Shown: positions 25,020 to 38,329, counted from the stretch's first letter. The stretch: 64,000 bases of DNA from Lama guanicoe (GCA_013239625.1 MU054187.1:1487964-1551963), one strand, 5' to 3'. Notes: generated by a model from the letters alone, not told the origin. Made by a program: numbers and translations.

Positions 25020-27290
25020 AAACTGGCAAGTACTGCCATCTTAATGATATTACTTCTTCAATTCATTAATATGAGATATCTTTCCATTTATTTTGGTCTT
25101 CTTTAATTTTTTTTAAATACATATTATTGTTTCCTTAAAAAATAACTTTTAAAGTTCCCTGTTAAATGTATTCTTAAGTGTTCTATTCTTTTTTGATCTA
25201 AAAAACAGAAATCACTTCCTTCATTCAGTTTCACTGCACTTCTCGCTAGCTCGGAGAAATGTGATTGGTTTTTATACACTGATCTCGTATTGCTGCGACT
25301 CGGATGGACTTATTTATTATTTCCAGCCGTTGTTAGTGGGTTCCTTAAGGTTTTCTATATACAAAATCACATCTTCTCTAAATAGAGATGATTCTGCTTG
25401 CTTCCGAGGTAACACCTTTCATTTACTTATTTTTTTTTTCTTGCCTTAGTGCCCTGGCTAGAAATCCCAAGACACAAATGAACAGAAGTGGAGAGGACAG
25501 CCTTTCAGATCTTCAGGGGAGAAACTGAAAGCCGTGAGCTCTGGGCTTTTCTTAGATGCTTTTTATCAGCTGAGAAGCTTTTCTGCTAGTCCGAATTTGT
25601 TGAGGATTTTTATCATGAAATGGTGCTGAATTTTGCCAAATGTTGTTTTCTGTGTATTCAGATAATTGCATTTTTTCCCTTTATCTTATTTATATAGTGA
25701 ATTACATTGACTTTCAGATGTTAGACCAATCTTGCATCCTTGGGATAAATCCCACTTGGCTGTGATACATGACATTTTATACACGTTACTGGATTCTGTT
25801 AGCTAGTATTTGCTTGAGGATTTTTGCGTCTATACAAGAGATACGGTCTCTGATTGTGATACCTTTGTCTGGATTTGGTATCAGAGTAACACTGGCCTCA
25901 TAGAGTATGTCTGAAGTTATTTCCAACTCTTGCAAGTTTTGAAAGAGTTAGTGATGAATTGCTATTAGTTCTTCTTTAAAAGTTTGTTAGAATTCACCAG
26001 GGAAGCCATCTGAGCCTGGACTTTCCTTCACAGGCAGTTTTTAAAAATCACTAACTGAATATCGTTGTTTGTTTTGCTCTTTGAAGGTTTCCTGTCTCTT
26101 CCTGTGCTAGTTTCGGTAGTAAGCCTGGGGATCTGCTTCCTCTGATCGTGTGGTTTGTGGTGCAGTTATCCACTGCGTGCCCTTATAATCCTTTTTCTGT
26201 TTGAAAGGAGTATCTCCTCTTTCTAATACTGATAATTCGGGTGTTCTGTCTCTTTTTGACTAGTTTAGCTAAAGTCTACCAATTATGTTGGTCTTTCTAA
26301 ATAACCAACTTGGCCTTTCTCTTCTCTATTGTATTTTCTCTTCTTTACTTCATCAATTTCTCCTCCTCTTTTTTCAGTTTCTTAAGGTAGGAGATTAGGC
26401 TAGATTTGTGATATTATTTTCATTATTAATATAGGCATTTACAGCTCTGAGGGTCCGATAACCGCAGATTGAGCTGCACCCCATAGTCTTGACATGTTAT
26501 GTTTTCATTGATTCATCTCACAGTATTTCGCAATGGTTCTTGTGATTTCCTCCATAGTTATTGGTTATTTAGCAAAGTGTTGTTTAAAATTTTCCACATA
26601 TTTTAAATATCCCTCCCAAATATTTTGCTATTGATTTCTAATTTCAACCCATTGTGGTCACAGAACATATTTTGTGTGATTTCAGTCATTTTACATGTAC
26701 TGACTGTTATTTTATGGCTGAACACATGGTCTGTCCAGAGAATGTTCCACGTGTGCGTGAAAAGAACTCGTGTGATGCTGGTGTCTGTTCACGGCAGTTG
26801 GTTCAAACTGGTTTTAAAGTCTTCCATAACCTTGTGGATATTCTAATTCTTCTATCCATGATGGAAAGTGTGGTACTGGAACCTCTGACCATTATTGCTA
26901 AATTGTCTATTCTTTCCTCAGCTTTTTTTTTCTCTTTTGCCCCATGTGTTCGGGGCTCTGTTTCTAGGGGCGTATGTCCTCAGAATGGTGGTATCTTCCT
27001 GGTGGATTGTGGACAATAAAACATTTCTGTTCTGTCCAGGAACGTTTTTGCTTTAGTATCTAATTTATCTGACACTAGCCCAGCCTCTGGAACTCCCTTG
27101 GTTCTTGTTTTCAGAGCACATCTTTCCCACCCTTTCACTTTCAACCTATTTGTAGACTTGTATCTCAAGTGAGTGTCCCATAGACAGGGTACAGCTGGGT
27201 TTCATTTTTTTGTGTTTGTTTGTTTTTGAAATGCAGACTGACAATCTCTGGTTTTTGATTAGGTTTTTAGACTAAGTTTAATGTGAATAT
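25020..27290 (-). mobile_element. Old L1 ORF2, antisense, fragmented
   Basis: ORF 26980-27168 RYKSTNRLKVKGW...VSDKLD matches the L1 endonuclease. gggataaatcccacttgg and gctagtattt..gaggatttttgc are RT-region motifs. Confidence 0.92.
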
Positions 27291-27522
27291 TACTGAGTCA
27301 GCTCCCTAAGCAGGAAGAAGCACATTTGAAAAACAAATAGAAAACATACATGGTATCCACATGCTACGTAATTTTACAGCTACACAACCGCTGAAGACCA
27401 TTCGGGGGGGGTTGTTTTACTGTGACATTTCAGGTCATCTTAAACCTATTTCCCGTTTTGCTATCACACGATAGAGGGACATGAACTTTAAACTGTATCG
27501 TGAAGAAGACGAGCTTTAGTAC

Positions 27523-27559
27523 CTGGCCAGGATCTTGTCCACATCCACGTCAGCTTTCT
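27523..27559 (-). other. Candidate exon (37 nt)
   Basis: ttcctgttcttttatgtag|AGAAAGCTG...GGCCAG|gtacta; one frame reads KADVDVDKILA. Confidence 0.25.
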
Positions 27560-29581
27560 CTACATAAAAGAACAGGAAGAATTCACTGCGAGAATAAAAA
27601 CAGGGGCCAGAAGCTTGGCAATCCTAGAATTTATCAAAACAACACCCACACACACATATGTTATAAATACATTCGCTTGCCTTTCCCCACACCTCTCCAC
27701 TTGGTTTCTGGATTCTAACTTACTGAACACCGAGTCCCCTTGCTGGCTTCTACTTTAATGTTGATGACTGACCTCAAGGACAGCCTTGATTTTCTGTTTC
27801 AATTTCTGTATGCTGAAGGATGCAAAATCCAATTTCCACTCTGTGTGTCTACTTCGGAGAGGGGCAGCCCCCAAGCTCCATGACTCACTTGTCATCCTCG
27901 ACATTCCTGCATTTGTCCTGGCCCTGACACCCGCCAGGTAATCTGGGATTTATCCCCGCTGTTTCCTGGGGGCCTGGTTTTATGTTAGCAAACCTCAGGA
28001 CTTGTTCATACAGTCAGTGAGAAACAGGCTTGCTTAAGTCCATAACCCCCATCTCTGAATAATTCAAACTATGATCCTCAGAAGCTCTGTCGGTCCCCAT
28101 TCAGTAGAAAACACACTTCTGCTTCTGCAACTGGGATACTTCAGGGTCATACTGTTTAAATAAGCATGACAAAGACTTTGGTTTTGCCTTGTTTTGTGGT
28201 ATTACTTTCTTTGCAAATACAGTTTGAAGCTGGTAAAAGTGTTCTGGGTGGCCTGCTAGAGTGACACTGGGTTTTGAAACTACACCGTTGCTCCTGCCTG
28301 TAGGGCATTTAGAGTAACGTCCTACCTGGAGCACGGCCCCGGGCGCCGCGTCAGCCGACTGCTTACCTACGGGTCAGCGCGGGATCTTGAAGCCCTGCCA
28401 CCCCATCCCTGCCTGCCAGGGGCCGTCCCCAAGCCAGCCTGGCATGTGAGCACCTGTCATTTCCCAGCTGTTCACGTAATGACACAGCTTCAAACTGCGC
28501 TTCAGCAAACTGCCTCTCCTTACAATCCTTTGGCCTTCCCGGATCTCACAGTGCACATTCATTTCAGCCGTAAAGCACAGAAACATATCCTTACTGCCAA
28601 GCTAATTGTGGATAGAATCACTCCCCCATCGGGATCCAAAAAGACACTCACTCATATTTCGTGGTAATTTCATCCTTCCTGCTCTCGCACGGGATCTCTG
28701 GCAGTGGCCAGAGGCACACAGACCCCTTCATCTATTACCAAGAAAGCCAATGTTAAGTGCTTTCAAGAGACACAGGTTTTACGTGTCTGAATAATGGATT
28801 TTACATCTGTTGAGTCCAACAAACTCATTGTTTAGAACACCAAGATGCTGTATCGGAGCCTTTACCTTGAGAACTATGAAGTTATGGTCTATAAAAATTT
28901 CTCTTTCAGACCACAGAGAAGGCACTGATGTCACGGGAACTCTTCTCATGAAAAACAACTAGTATCTTTTCCAGGGCATATTTTATTGGACATACATTTA
29001 TCCACAGAAATGATTTTAGTTAACCTATGCAGATGGGAATCGCCTTTGAGAAGAATGGGGAAGACAGTGAGAGAGAAAATGTAAAGAACCCATAAAAACC
29101 ACAACGGACTTGAGCAGGAAGGAACATGGAGGCGATGGACCGCATAAAAAAGAGAGAAGTGCTTAATGACAGCTGAGAAGCACCGTCCTCGTGACCCCAG
29201 CGGCCCTGGCGCCCTTCAGTTCCCCAGAACATCGTCAGCCACAGCCTGTCAACTAACGAACCTGCCACGAAGAACTTGTTTTCTTACTGACCCGGCTTTC
29301 CCATGACAATGACCCCAGCCCTGAGAACCATCAGAGGATGTGGGAATGTGCACAGCAACTAGCAGACAAGGTTGTTCTTCACAAAATCAGCGACAAAACA
29401 ATACACGCTGGGGACCCAGATGTCTGGGTTTTCTGATCCGGATTATTTTAACTGAGTGATGAAAAGCACTGCCATCGTTTGCTTTAGGAGGGGAGTGGAG
29501 AGTAATCGTAGCCAAAACTTGTCCAGGGTTTGCCTGTAAACTTCTGTTTGTACCCTTAAAGCATTAAGAACATTGTAGCTT

Positions 29582-29665
29582 GGGACGGGGAGGGCTTCCC
29601 TTGAGTGGTAGAGTGAGTGCATCCTAGGTTCAATCCCCAGGGCCTCCATCTAACATAAAAAAAGA
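29582..29665 (+). mobile_element. Short, internally deleted vic-1-type SINE
   Basis: ggggagggc...gagtggtagagtg...tcctaggttcaatccccagggcctccat followed by an A-rich tail. Confidence 0.75.
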
Positions 29666-30450
29666 GTGTTCACTGAGTGCCTACCATGTGCGATACTGTA
29701 TTATTATCTCATTTTTAAAAAGGCAACATTCAAAGATTACCCTCCTGCTGTTAAATTCCGGTGAAACTGCTTTTTAAATTTTTCATAACACATAATCTGA
29801 TGGGCTGACCATCTCCATACAGTGAGAGACCCACAAGGCGAGTCAGCGCTTCTGCAGAGCTCCCGCCAGCCCCTCACTCCTGCATCTCCGCAGCATGACG
29901 AGCACAGCTGGGCGCGCTGGCCTACAGAACGTCGCCTCCCCAACCCCCCGACGGGCTGGGGTGCGATGCGCATGGGCTAGGGGGCAAGATGCAGAGAGCC
30001 AGCTAAATCAACACTGCGCACTTCTCTATCGGTGGTGACCGGGGTGACACCGTCTAGGTCCGCACAGAACTGTGTCGTTTACCAGTGGCCCTCAGGCACC
30101 ATCTGCAGTGAGCCTGCCTCAACAATCGGGGGGTGAGTTCCAGCCCCAGGTCTGTCTCAGTTTACAGGTGTCACCTTGAGCTATGTTCCAGAAGCTCCCT
30201 GAGCCCCAGGTCTGCCATTTGTTGGTGACCTTGTGAAAAGCTAGGTGGCATCTGGCAAGTGCCGGTGAGACAGCAGCCATGTTTATACTGATAATCAGAA
30301 ACTTCAGTCTCTCATGTCAGTATCTTGACTTTACAAATATGCCTAGAATCTACTCACCAAAAGGAGTATTTATTTCTCTTTTTGAGTTTTTCTCAACTGG
30401 CGCTGAGGCTAAGTCCGAGAGCACAGTGGCCTGCGAGGCCGCAGGCGCTG

Positions 30451-30817
30451 TGTCACGGGCGGAAGTGCATCCTCCAGACTCACGTGCGGAGGCCCTAACC
30501 CCCAGCACCTCCGATGGGGCTGGTCCTCAGAAGGGTGATTAACTAAAACGAGGTCATACACATGGTGCCTAGCCCAGGAGAACTGGTGGCCCTCTAGGAA
30601 GCGGAGATGAGGACACAGACACCCACAGTGGGAAGGCCATGCGGAGATACGGAGACAAGACGGCCATCTACATGCCGAGGACACGCCTCAGAAAAACATC
30701 AACCCCTCAACACCTCAATCTTGGACTTCCAGCAGCCAGAACTGCGAGAAAATAAACGTCTGCGGTTTGAGCCGCCCAGGCTGCGCAGGGCTATGGCCGT
30801 GCTGGGAAGCCAGTGCC
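30451..30817 (+). mobile_element. MaLR LTR (MLT1B/C-like)
   Basis: cctaacccccagcacctc...aaaacgaggtcata...gccatctacatgccgagg...tcttggacttccagcagccagaactgcgagaaaataaac. Confidence 0.88.
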
Positions 30818-32012
30818 CGCGTCGCCGGGGCTCCAGCCCGTACTCTCAAACGGCCTTCCCGGCGAGTCATGCGGTACCCAGGAATCACTGTGTCCCAATC
30901 CTCTGATGATGGTCCCTTCAGATTCTTCTGAACTCTGCTATCTGGTTGGAAATGACAGAATAATTTCAAATACTTGATCAAGGGTGTTTATATGTGATGG
31001 AAATGACTGTGCCCAAGAGAAGTTTTGAGACAACTGACCAGACTGGATCTCGAGGAGCATAAAAGCGATGATTTATTTTTAAATCCTTGTTGAGCACCTG
31101 CTCTTTGCCAGTTAGGTCTAGAGGACACTATCATGATAAACAAGCCTGGGTTTCTATTATGAAGGCATCTGCAATCTGGTTTGGGGAGAGAGAATTTATA
31201 CAAAAATAAAGATGACGGAAGCCCAGATGTTGTGTGCTGTGAGAGGACACACAATGACACAGGAACTCAAGGGAAAACAATAATTTTTAGAAAAAAGGAC
31301 TGGCGAAGGGAGTAATCAGGCACGAATGTATGATTTAATTGGAACTTGGCTGGGCCTTGAATAAAGGTGGCGTTTGGCTCTGGGAGGATTTATGCCTGTG
31401 GGCATGTGGGTGGAGGGAACGGTACATTTCAGTGAGAGGGGAAATGTGTGAATGAAGTTAAAAGGAAGGGAGGGGAAACGGAGAGCATTACCATTTGAAT
31501 AGAACATAAAATGTGTGAAATGGTTATAAAAAATGGGTTAGCCATGAATATCCATGAAATTGGACTTCACGGAGGAAGCAAAAAGTCTTGATGTAAAAAG
31601 AAAAAATGATTCAGTAAAATATTTCACCACCTGTGGCTGAAGTAAGGCAGCGTTACAAAGTTACCTCTGAGGTGCGTTCGTATCCCAGTGCCTACACCTG
31701 GGAAGCGGCAGGCACTTTTCACTAATTGTTACCCAATAGGAATATTAAGTACCCAGTATGTGCCAGCCAAACACTAATGCACTTAGAACACCCAATTATG
31801 TGAGCAGGGAGAGTGGAGAGAGTTAAGGGGTAAATGAAAAATTATGGTGGAGGCAGGCAGGACAGAGTTTTCCAATGAGTGGATGTAGATGAATTATCCG
31901 CTGCCGGAGTGGATCACTGGTGGAGAGAATGAAAATCTCAAAAGTCTCCAGAAATATTTGTGATTATAGACCAGAAGATTAAGACCAAAAAAAAAAAAAA
32001 GAAAAAAAAAAA

Positions 32013-32204
32013 NNNNNNNNNNNNNNNNNNNNNNNNNNNNNNNNNNNNNNNNNNNNNNNNNNNNNNNNNNNNNNNNNNNNNNNNNNNNNNNNNNNNNNNN
32101 NNNNNNNNNNNNNNNNNNNNNNNNNNNNNNNNNNNNNNNNNNNNNNNNNNNNNNNNNNNNNNNNNNNNNNNNNNNNNNNNNNNNNNNNNNNNNNNNNNNN
32201 NNNN
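32013..32204. other. Assembly gap (192 N) flanked by poly-A tracts
   Basis: Run of N. Confidence 0.99.
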
Positions 32205-32649
32205 CCAAAAAAAAAAAAAGAAAAAAAGAAACACTTTCATTTCTAAAAATACCGGGGGAACAAAAATTATTATTAAAGTTGAACAAATTCCAAAACAATA
32301 AAAAAAGAATAGAGGTAGTTCTAAAATATGGAAAAGAAATGAGGGTGGTAACTTCCATCTTCAAGAAGAAAAGTATGGAAAAACAAAAATAAACAAATGA
32401 CAGTAGCATATCTATCGTAAACTTCAGGCACTTCAAGGGACAAAATATTTTCAAATTTTGATGCAGGGACAAAGAAACTCCTTAAGAAGGGAGACGGTCT
32501 GAGAATCTTTTGTGTGCCATAAATACGAGACATAGTACATGAGGAAGTTTTGCCCTGGACGAAATTACAAGGTCTTGAGAGTAAAAAGCTGTCTGGTGGG
32601 GGAGTCACAGAATATTCTCGACCACGGCTTCCCTCCCCCACCCTCCCGC

Positions 32650-33075
32650 ATGCTCACTGCTAGGGTGCAGAGACACAGCTCAGGTCCACACATCTATCTC
32701 GTGTGTCTTCTTTCCTGAGACCCTGATGGACTTGCTAGGAGTTGTCTGTTAGGTTCCTTGTGATTTTCTACAGACGTCACTATGTCATCTCAAAAAGGTT
32801 TTCTTTCTTCCTTTCCTTTTCTTGCCTTATTGCACTGGCGAGAACTTTCAGCACTTTGTTAATAAGAGTGGTGAGGATGGGCATCCTTACTTTGTTTGCA
32901 ATATCTGGGGGAAAGCATGTGACCATTCACCACTTAGCCTGTTAACACAGTGGATCACACTGACTGATTTTTTAATATTAAATATGCCTTAAATTCCTAT
33001 AATGAGCTCTACTTACTATCTTGTATGATTCTTTAAATATATTGCTATACTCTATTTGTTAGTATTTTGTTAAGG
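32650..33075 (-). mobile_element. Old L1 ORF2 fragments, antisense
   Basis: ttcttgccttattgcactggcgagaactttcagcactttgttaataagagtggtgaggatgggcatcct is a typical antisense L1 RT-region sequence. Confidence 0.85.
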
Positions 33076-33090
33076 GTTAGGGTTAGGGTT
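33070..33090 (+). repeat. Short interstitial telomere-like tract
   Basis: t-taaggg-ttaggg-ttaggg-tt. Confidence 0.6.
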
Positions 33091-33552
33091 CTTGTTTTTA
33101 ATTGAAGTGAACCCCATGGATCCGAGACACTGGCCCCAGGCAGGGAGGATGTGGTTCCTGCATCCCTGTGATGTGAGCTGCACCCAAGCCTGCCTTCCCT
33201 TAACTCACTCCTCGTCACGAGGAACCTCCCCGTGTGTGGTTACTATCCTGGTCTAATGCTCTATCTTTGGAGAGTTACTGGACAGGATTTTCTAAAATTT
33301 AGTTACTCCAGTCTATGCAATGAGGGCGTTACCTGCGGGGGAGAAAACAAACCTGCTCTTTGAGAGCTTTGACTTGTTTTTGTTTTTGTTTTTTTAATTT
33401 CTGCTGCAAAACTGCCAAAATCCTGGGTGTAACATTCCTACCATCCTTAACCCTTGTACAAGTTGTCTTGCTGTCTGTTCATATAGGAAGCAAATCAAAT
33501 GCTGAAAAACGGAAGCTGTGCGAGGATAAAAAGATCAACAAATGCTCCTTAC

Positions 33553-33617
33553 GCATCTGGAACGCACGGGGCATTATGACTGCTGCTCTGCGTGGTCGTG
33601 TAAAGAAAGAGATGCAA
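33553..33617 (-). other. Candidate exon (65 nt), overlapped by a plus-strand candidate at 33487-33647
   Basis: Minus: tttctaactccag|TTGCATC...AGATGC|gtaagg. Plus: ctgttcatatag|GAAGC...TGGCAC|gtaaga. Confidence 0.2.
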
Positions 33618-34129
33618 CTGGAGTTAGAAATCAAAACGAAATGGCACGTAAGAAGATAACTCAGCATCCCATCTGCTTCACATGGTTTATTTAAAATGAT
33701 AAGGAGGTACTTCCTATGGGGTAAGTGGAATGCTGTAGTATTACATACATATTTGACATATTATTTAGATCTCAAAGTATGCGTTTTGCCAATGAATTAT
33801 TCATTTCACCTCACACAGTGACAGAGCAGTGACAAATTAAATATTACATCACATGCCACACCCAGGGGTGAAAGTCACTTGCTCTATTAATTTTTAAATT
33901 CATGGCAAGAACTAAATTAAGATAAGGACACTCTGACAAAAACCTTGTCCTGAGCCAGATGCAAAAATCACTCAGTACTGTCGAAAATAAAAAGAAAGAA
34001 ATGTCTTGGGTGGAGCCTAAGATATATTTCTTAGCGCTTTACTGATACTGCGTACGTGTGGACGTGACTGGAAGCCCAGGTCCCCATTATCCACTTGTAA
34101 CCAGACAACTGTTTTTAAAAATGACTTCA

Positions 34130-34230
34130 GCTGCACCATGCGTGTGTAGTTGCACTACTGAACTGCACACTGGAAAATGGCTGAGGTGGCGAATTTTGTG
34201 TTGTGTGTTTTTCACCACAATAAAAATATA
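34130..34230 (+). mobile_element. L1MB-type 3' end
   Basis: cactactgaactgcacact..aaaatggctgaggtggcgaattttgtgttgtgtg..tttcaccacaataaaaa. Confidence 0.8.
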
Positions 34231-34274
34231 AGAATAATAGAACAAACTTTTTTCAAATTAACATACTTTGTAAA

Positions 34275-34820
34275 AATGCCCTGTGGAAAACTGAACAGTC
34301 ACATGCAAAAGAATGAAACTGGACCACTTTCTCACCATACACAAAACTTAACTCAAAATGGACCAGAGAGTTGAAGGTAAGACCTAAAGCCATAAAACTA
34401 CTAGAAAACTGCAGGCAGTTTGCTCTTGGCATCAGTCTAAGCAAAGCCTTTCAGGATGTGTCTCCTCCGGCCAGGGAAACAAGGGTAAAAACAAACAAAC
34501 AAATGCACAAAGTATGTAAACAACTCGTACAACCCAGCATCACAAAAACTAAATAACCCAGTTTAAAAAATGGGCAGAGGATCAGAAGAGACACTGTTCC
34601 AACGAAGATACGTGCAGATAGCCAACAGACATGAAAAGGTGCTCAACATCACTAACCATCAGGGAAATGCAAATCAAAACTACAGTGAGACACCCCCTCA
34701 CACCCGTCAGAACAGCCGTCGCCAAAAAGACGAGCGATAACAAGTGCTGGCGAAAATGTGGGGAGAAGGGATCCCTCGTGCACTGTTGGCAGGAATGTAA
34801 ATTGGGGCAGGAATGTAAAT
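34275..34820 (+). mobile_element. L1 ORF2 C-terminal fragment
   Basis: ORF 34631-34837 [25 protein letters not shown]...[22 protein letters not shown] matches the L1 ORF2p cysteine-rich domain. Confidence 0.93.
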
Positions 34821-35416
34821 GTCAATTTGTTCACTAAATGGATGGATGGATGGATGGGTCTGGAGTGGGTGATGAATTCAGACTGGCCCAGAAGTGCTGT
34901 CAAGTCCGGGTCTCCATATGACTTGGGAGCGTGAAATTCGGCAGACAGTGTGTCCGGACCCCAGCAGGAGCACGGATGGAGACAGGCAGCAGAGCGCACC
35001 TCCCGGGAGCGGATGCCACGTACACAGGTGAGCCTGGTACCTTCCCTCACGCCACAGCCCAGCTGAGCCCCGGCCCCTGCTCCGGGAAGGGAGTCCTAGA
35101 TCTCCGCCGGCTCAGAGTCCTCCCTGCACAGGTGCCACCCTCTCCAGCCTCATGGCTCTCGAGGGCACCGTCCACGGCTATGATGCAGCTCCAGGCGTAT
35201 TTGATCTCACCCAAGTAACAGACACCGAGTGTGTCAGGTCACCTTCCTGAACTGCCAAGGCCCGGCCAGGTGGAAGCTCATCACACTTTCTCAGCACCAC
35301 CTGCACGCACCTGTCCCACCACACTCCACTGGCTGCGAAGATACAGAAGAGGAGGGCTGTGTCCTACCTACCAGCTTATCCTCACGACACAGCACTGTGT
35401 CTGCACAGTACACCCT

Positions 35417-35889
35417 TGACAGGGTTCAGAGCAGGCCTCCCCTAAATACACCCTTTGGCATATTGATTATTTTGAATTAAAGTTACTTGAGAAACAGCAG
35501 GTGTGAGAGGGATGCTCTGACCTCCCTCTGTCCCCCAGAAAGCAGGGGATAAATCTCCCAGGGACAATACCCTCCCTGTTCCAGGAGAGTAGAAGGCATT
35601 CTAATCTCCCGAGACCGGGAACTCAGGGTGAGAAGACTGTACAAACAAATCTTGTTCTTTATTAATTTGCTACCCAAACCCAAACTCCTGGGTTTTGTCA
35701 GCTCTTCGCACATTTATTGTTCCTCTGTCTAAATATGAAAGTTGCCCTTTTGGTCACTTTTTTGAGCCCTGTGTCTTTGAGGCTTCCACACATGCAAAAT
35801 TAAATTTTTTCCTGTTATTATCTGTCTTGTGTTAATCTAAGTATTAGGCCAAAGAACCTAGAAGGAAAGAAAAGGACTCTTCCCTTACA
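35417..35889 (+). mobile_element. Solo ERV1 LTR (MER34-like), apparently inserted in an L2 tail
   Basis: TG...CA ends and the motif tttggcatattgattattttgaattaaagttacttgagaaac; homologous to 45265-45700. Confidence 0.8.
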
Positions 35890-35974
35890 TGTTCAACAGA
35901 TATTTACCTGAATGAACGACATCAAAAAGGCCAAATCCTTGTTTTTAAATATCCAGTTCTTTTGCCATTTTCTG

Positions 35975-36190
35975 AGTTTAAGAGTATGAGTTCAGGAATC
36001 AGACTGTCTGGGTTTGTGCCCTGTGTTCCACGTTTAAAATATATTACATTGGAGAAGCTGGTTCAACTCGTTTGACTCTGTTCTCTCCTCCGTAAACGCG
36101 GAGGAGAATGTGATCCATTTCATGGCGCTGTTGAGAGCTTTGAGCGAATGCAAGCAAAGCCCTTTGCAAGAGCACCCTGCGGAGTGGGCG
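35975..36190. mobile_element. MIR remnant
   Basis: ttaagagtatgagttcaggaatcagactgtctgggtttg...gctgttgagagctttgagcga. Confidence 0.6.
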
Positions 36191-37164
36191 CAAACGCGGC
36201 TCTTATTTTTGGAATAAACTTTAGAGAACAAGGTAACTGACTTATTTAGTTTCTAAATAACTTCTGCATAATGCACGGCTATAAATGCGCTCTTGTTCAT
36301 GAGCACACAACTGCCATTCAAGCAAGGCTGCTGAATGAATCAGAACTTAAGAGAATGTGTTTGCAGACTGGTTTGCAAGGTAATTCCAAATGAGTTTAAT
36401 AAACATTTTCCCCCAAACAACTGGGTGTATGCATTTTAGGATTTTTTAAAATTCACATTTCTTTATAGCGAAAAATAGCACAGAAAATTCTGCAGAGCTT
36501 TTGAAAGTGCGGCATTTTGCTGTTTAAAATTAAAGCAGTAGAAACCAAATGAAGTCAGCAGAAAGGAGCCCGTCGGGCTTGGCAGTGAGCGTGGAAAAAG
36601 GAGAGCTTCGCTCAGTAGGTATGTAGGTTTCAACCACGACCCTAAGAGTCACACTGAAACTCAGACCACATCTGATCTGGGCCAGAGGTGAACATGTGTA
36701 AGTAGATACTTCAGGACAAGTTATGGACACTGATGATTAATTTAACCAAGTCAGGAGATTCTGAAGCCAGCAGGAATATGCGTGATATGCCAGCTGCTGG
36801 AATGCACGGCCTCGCCTTGATGGGGAACAAGTCCACGCGGGGGAGGCGGGACCACAGCGGCTCGGGCACGCCTGCATGTCCCCCGTGAACTGACCAAAAC
36901 CCTACGACTGCGGTCGCTGGTTCCCAGCAACGGCGGGCTTCAAAACCGGGCAAAAGTACACACTTGTGAGTTTATCTTCAGCACTTGTTTCTTACATTTT
37001 CACACTTCTCATCTGCCTGTAAGACGACGAAAGGGGAAAAAGTACAAACCACGATGTGAAGAAAAAATAAAAAGGACAGTCAGTTTCGGGGGGAGTTAGA
37101 GCAAGTCTGTCTGAGGCCCCTGTTTTATACTTTCTGTGTGTGATGTAACAGCAAAAAGTACCTG

Positions 37165-37920
37165 TGTGCTTATGAAAAGGAGGACCTTGGACAGAGGCTC
37201 ACAGGTAGAACCCCACGTGAAGACGAGGCAGAGACTGGGGTACACAAGAGAGACCAGAACATTAACTGTGCCACCTTCACCAGGAGCGGGGGCAGGCATG
37301 GAGCGGATCCTCCCCCAGCCCTCAGTCGGAACCAACCTCCAACACCTGCACCTCAGACCTCCGGCCTCCAGAACAGTGAGACAGTGCATGTGTACTGTCT
37401 CAGCCAGCCAGCCCGGACGACGGGGCTACGGCCCAAGGAAGCTACTGCAGGGGTCATGTCACAGGTGAGCTGGGGCCCCGCCCGGGGTCTCATGTCACGG
37501 GCGAGCTGGGGCCCCGCTCGGGGTCCCATCAGGCTGCAACCAAGATGTCAGCTGGGTGGCATTCTCGTCTGGACATGTACTAGGAAAGAATCCCTTCCGA
37601 GCTCATTCAGGTTGCTGGCAGAACTCACTTCCCCCCAACTACATATACGACTGAGGGCTACCTCCAGGCCCCAGTGGTGCCCACAGTTCCCCACCACGCG
37701 GCCCCTCCAAGGACATGCACAACACGGCCCTTTCCTTCCTCCAGACCAAGCGGGAGCAGGCCTCTCACTCTGCCTGGTAAGACGGAGCCTTCAATAATGT
37801 AATGGAGTCACTGGGTGTCATGCCGTCCCCACTGGCTGGAAGCAGGTCTGTCCCCACTGATGGACGGGAAGGGATACAGAGGGTGTGACGCACTGGGGTG
37901 ACCCAAGGCTCTGTCTCCCT
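37165..37920. mobile_element. Two MaLR LTR fragments in opposite orientation, joined at a 36-bp tandem duplication
   Basis: Sense MLT1 (gtgaagacgaggcagagactggg...ggcctccagaacagtgagaca) is followed by antisense MLT1 (aggctgcaaccaagatgtcagctggg...gctcattcaggttgctggcagaa). Confidence 0.75.
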
Positions 37921-38329
37921 GAACCACCATCCATCCTGTGCTTTGTACTTGACATCCTTTCATGAATCAAAAGGACTTTTCTTCCAATTAAAAAAAATAC
38001 CATACTGTCAGAGTATAACACACTCCGAATTTTATCCTCTTCTGTAATTACAGTTCTGTAAAAATTAGAAGGTAAAATTATTACTACTAATTTTGGAAGG
38101 AGTATTAAAAAAAAACTAATAAAACCTCTTTGCTTAAACTTAGGTACAAAGAAGAGAACACCCAGAAAGCACGCATAACCCTTAAGCCCCAGGGAGGGCC
38201 GCTGCGGTGAGCGCCTGCAGTCCGCAAACTTTCAATCTCACTGTGTACCTTGTGATACAGAATGTTGATCGTTACTGTTTTTTAAACATGCCACTTAACT
38301 TTTGTTACCTTCTTGACAAAATATTTATC

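Noticed and set aside
31894..32472. ORFs of 100-192 aa
   Set aside because: They cross the N gap and poly-A tracts.
3915..34820. Intact or domesticated L1 ORF1/ORF2
   Set aside because: All L1 pieces are short, frameshifted and interrupted by stops.
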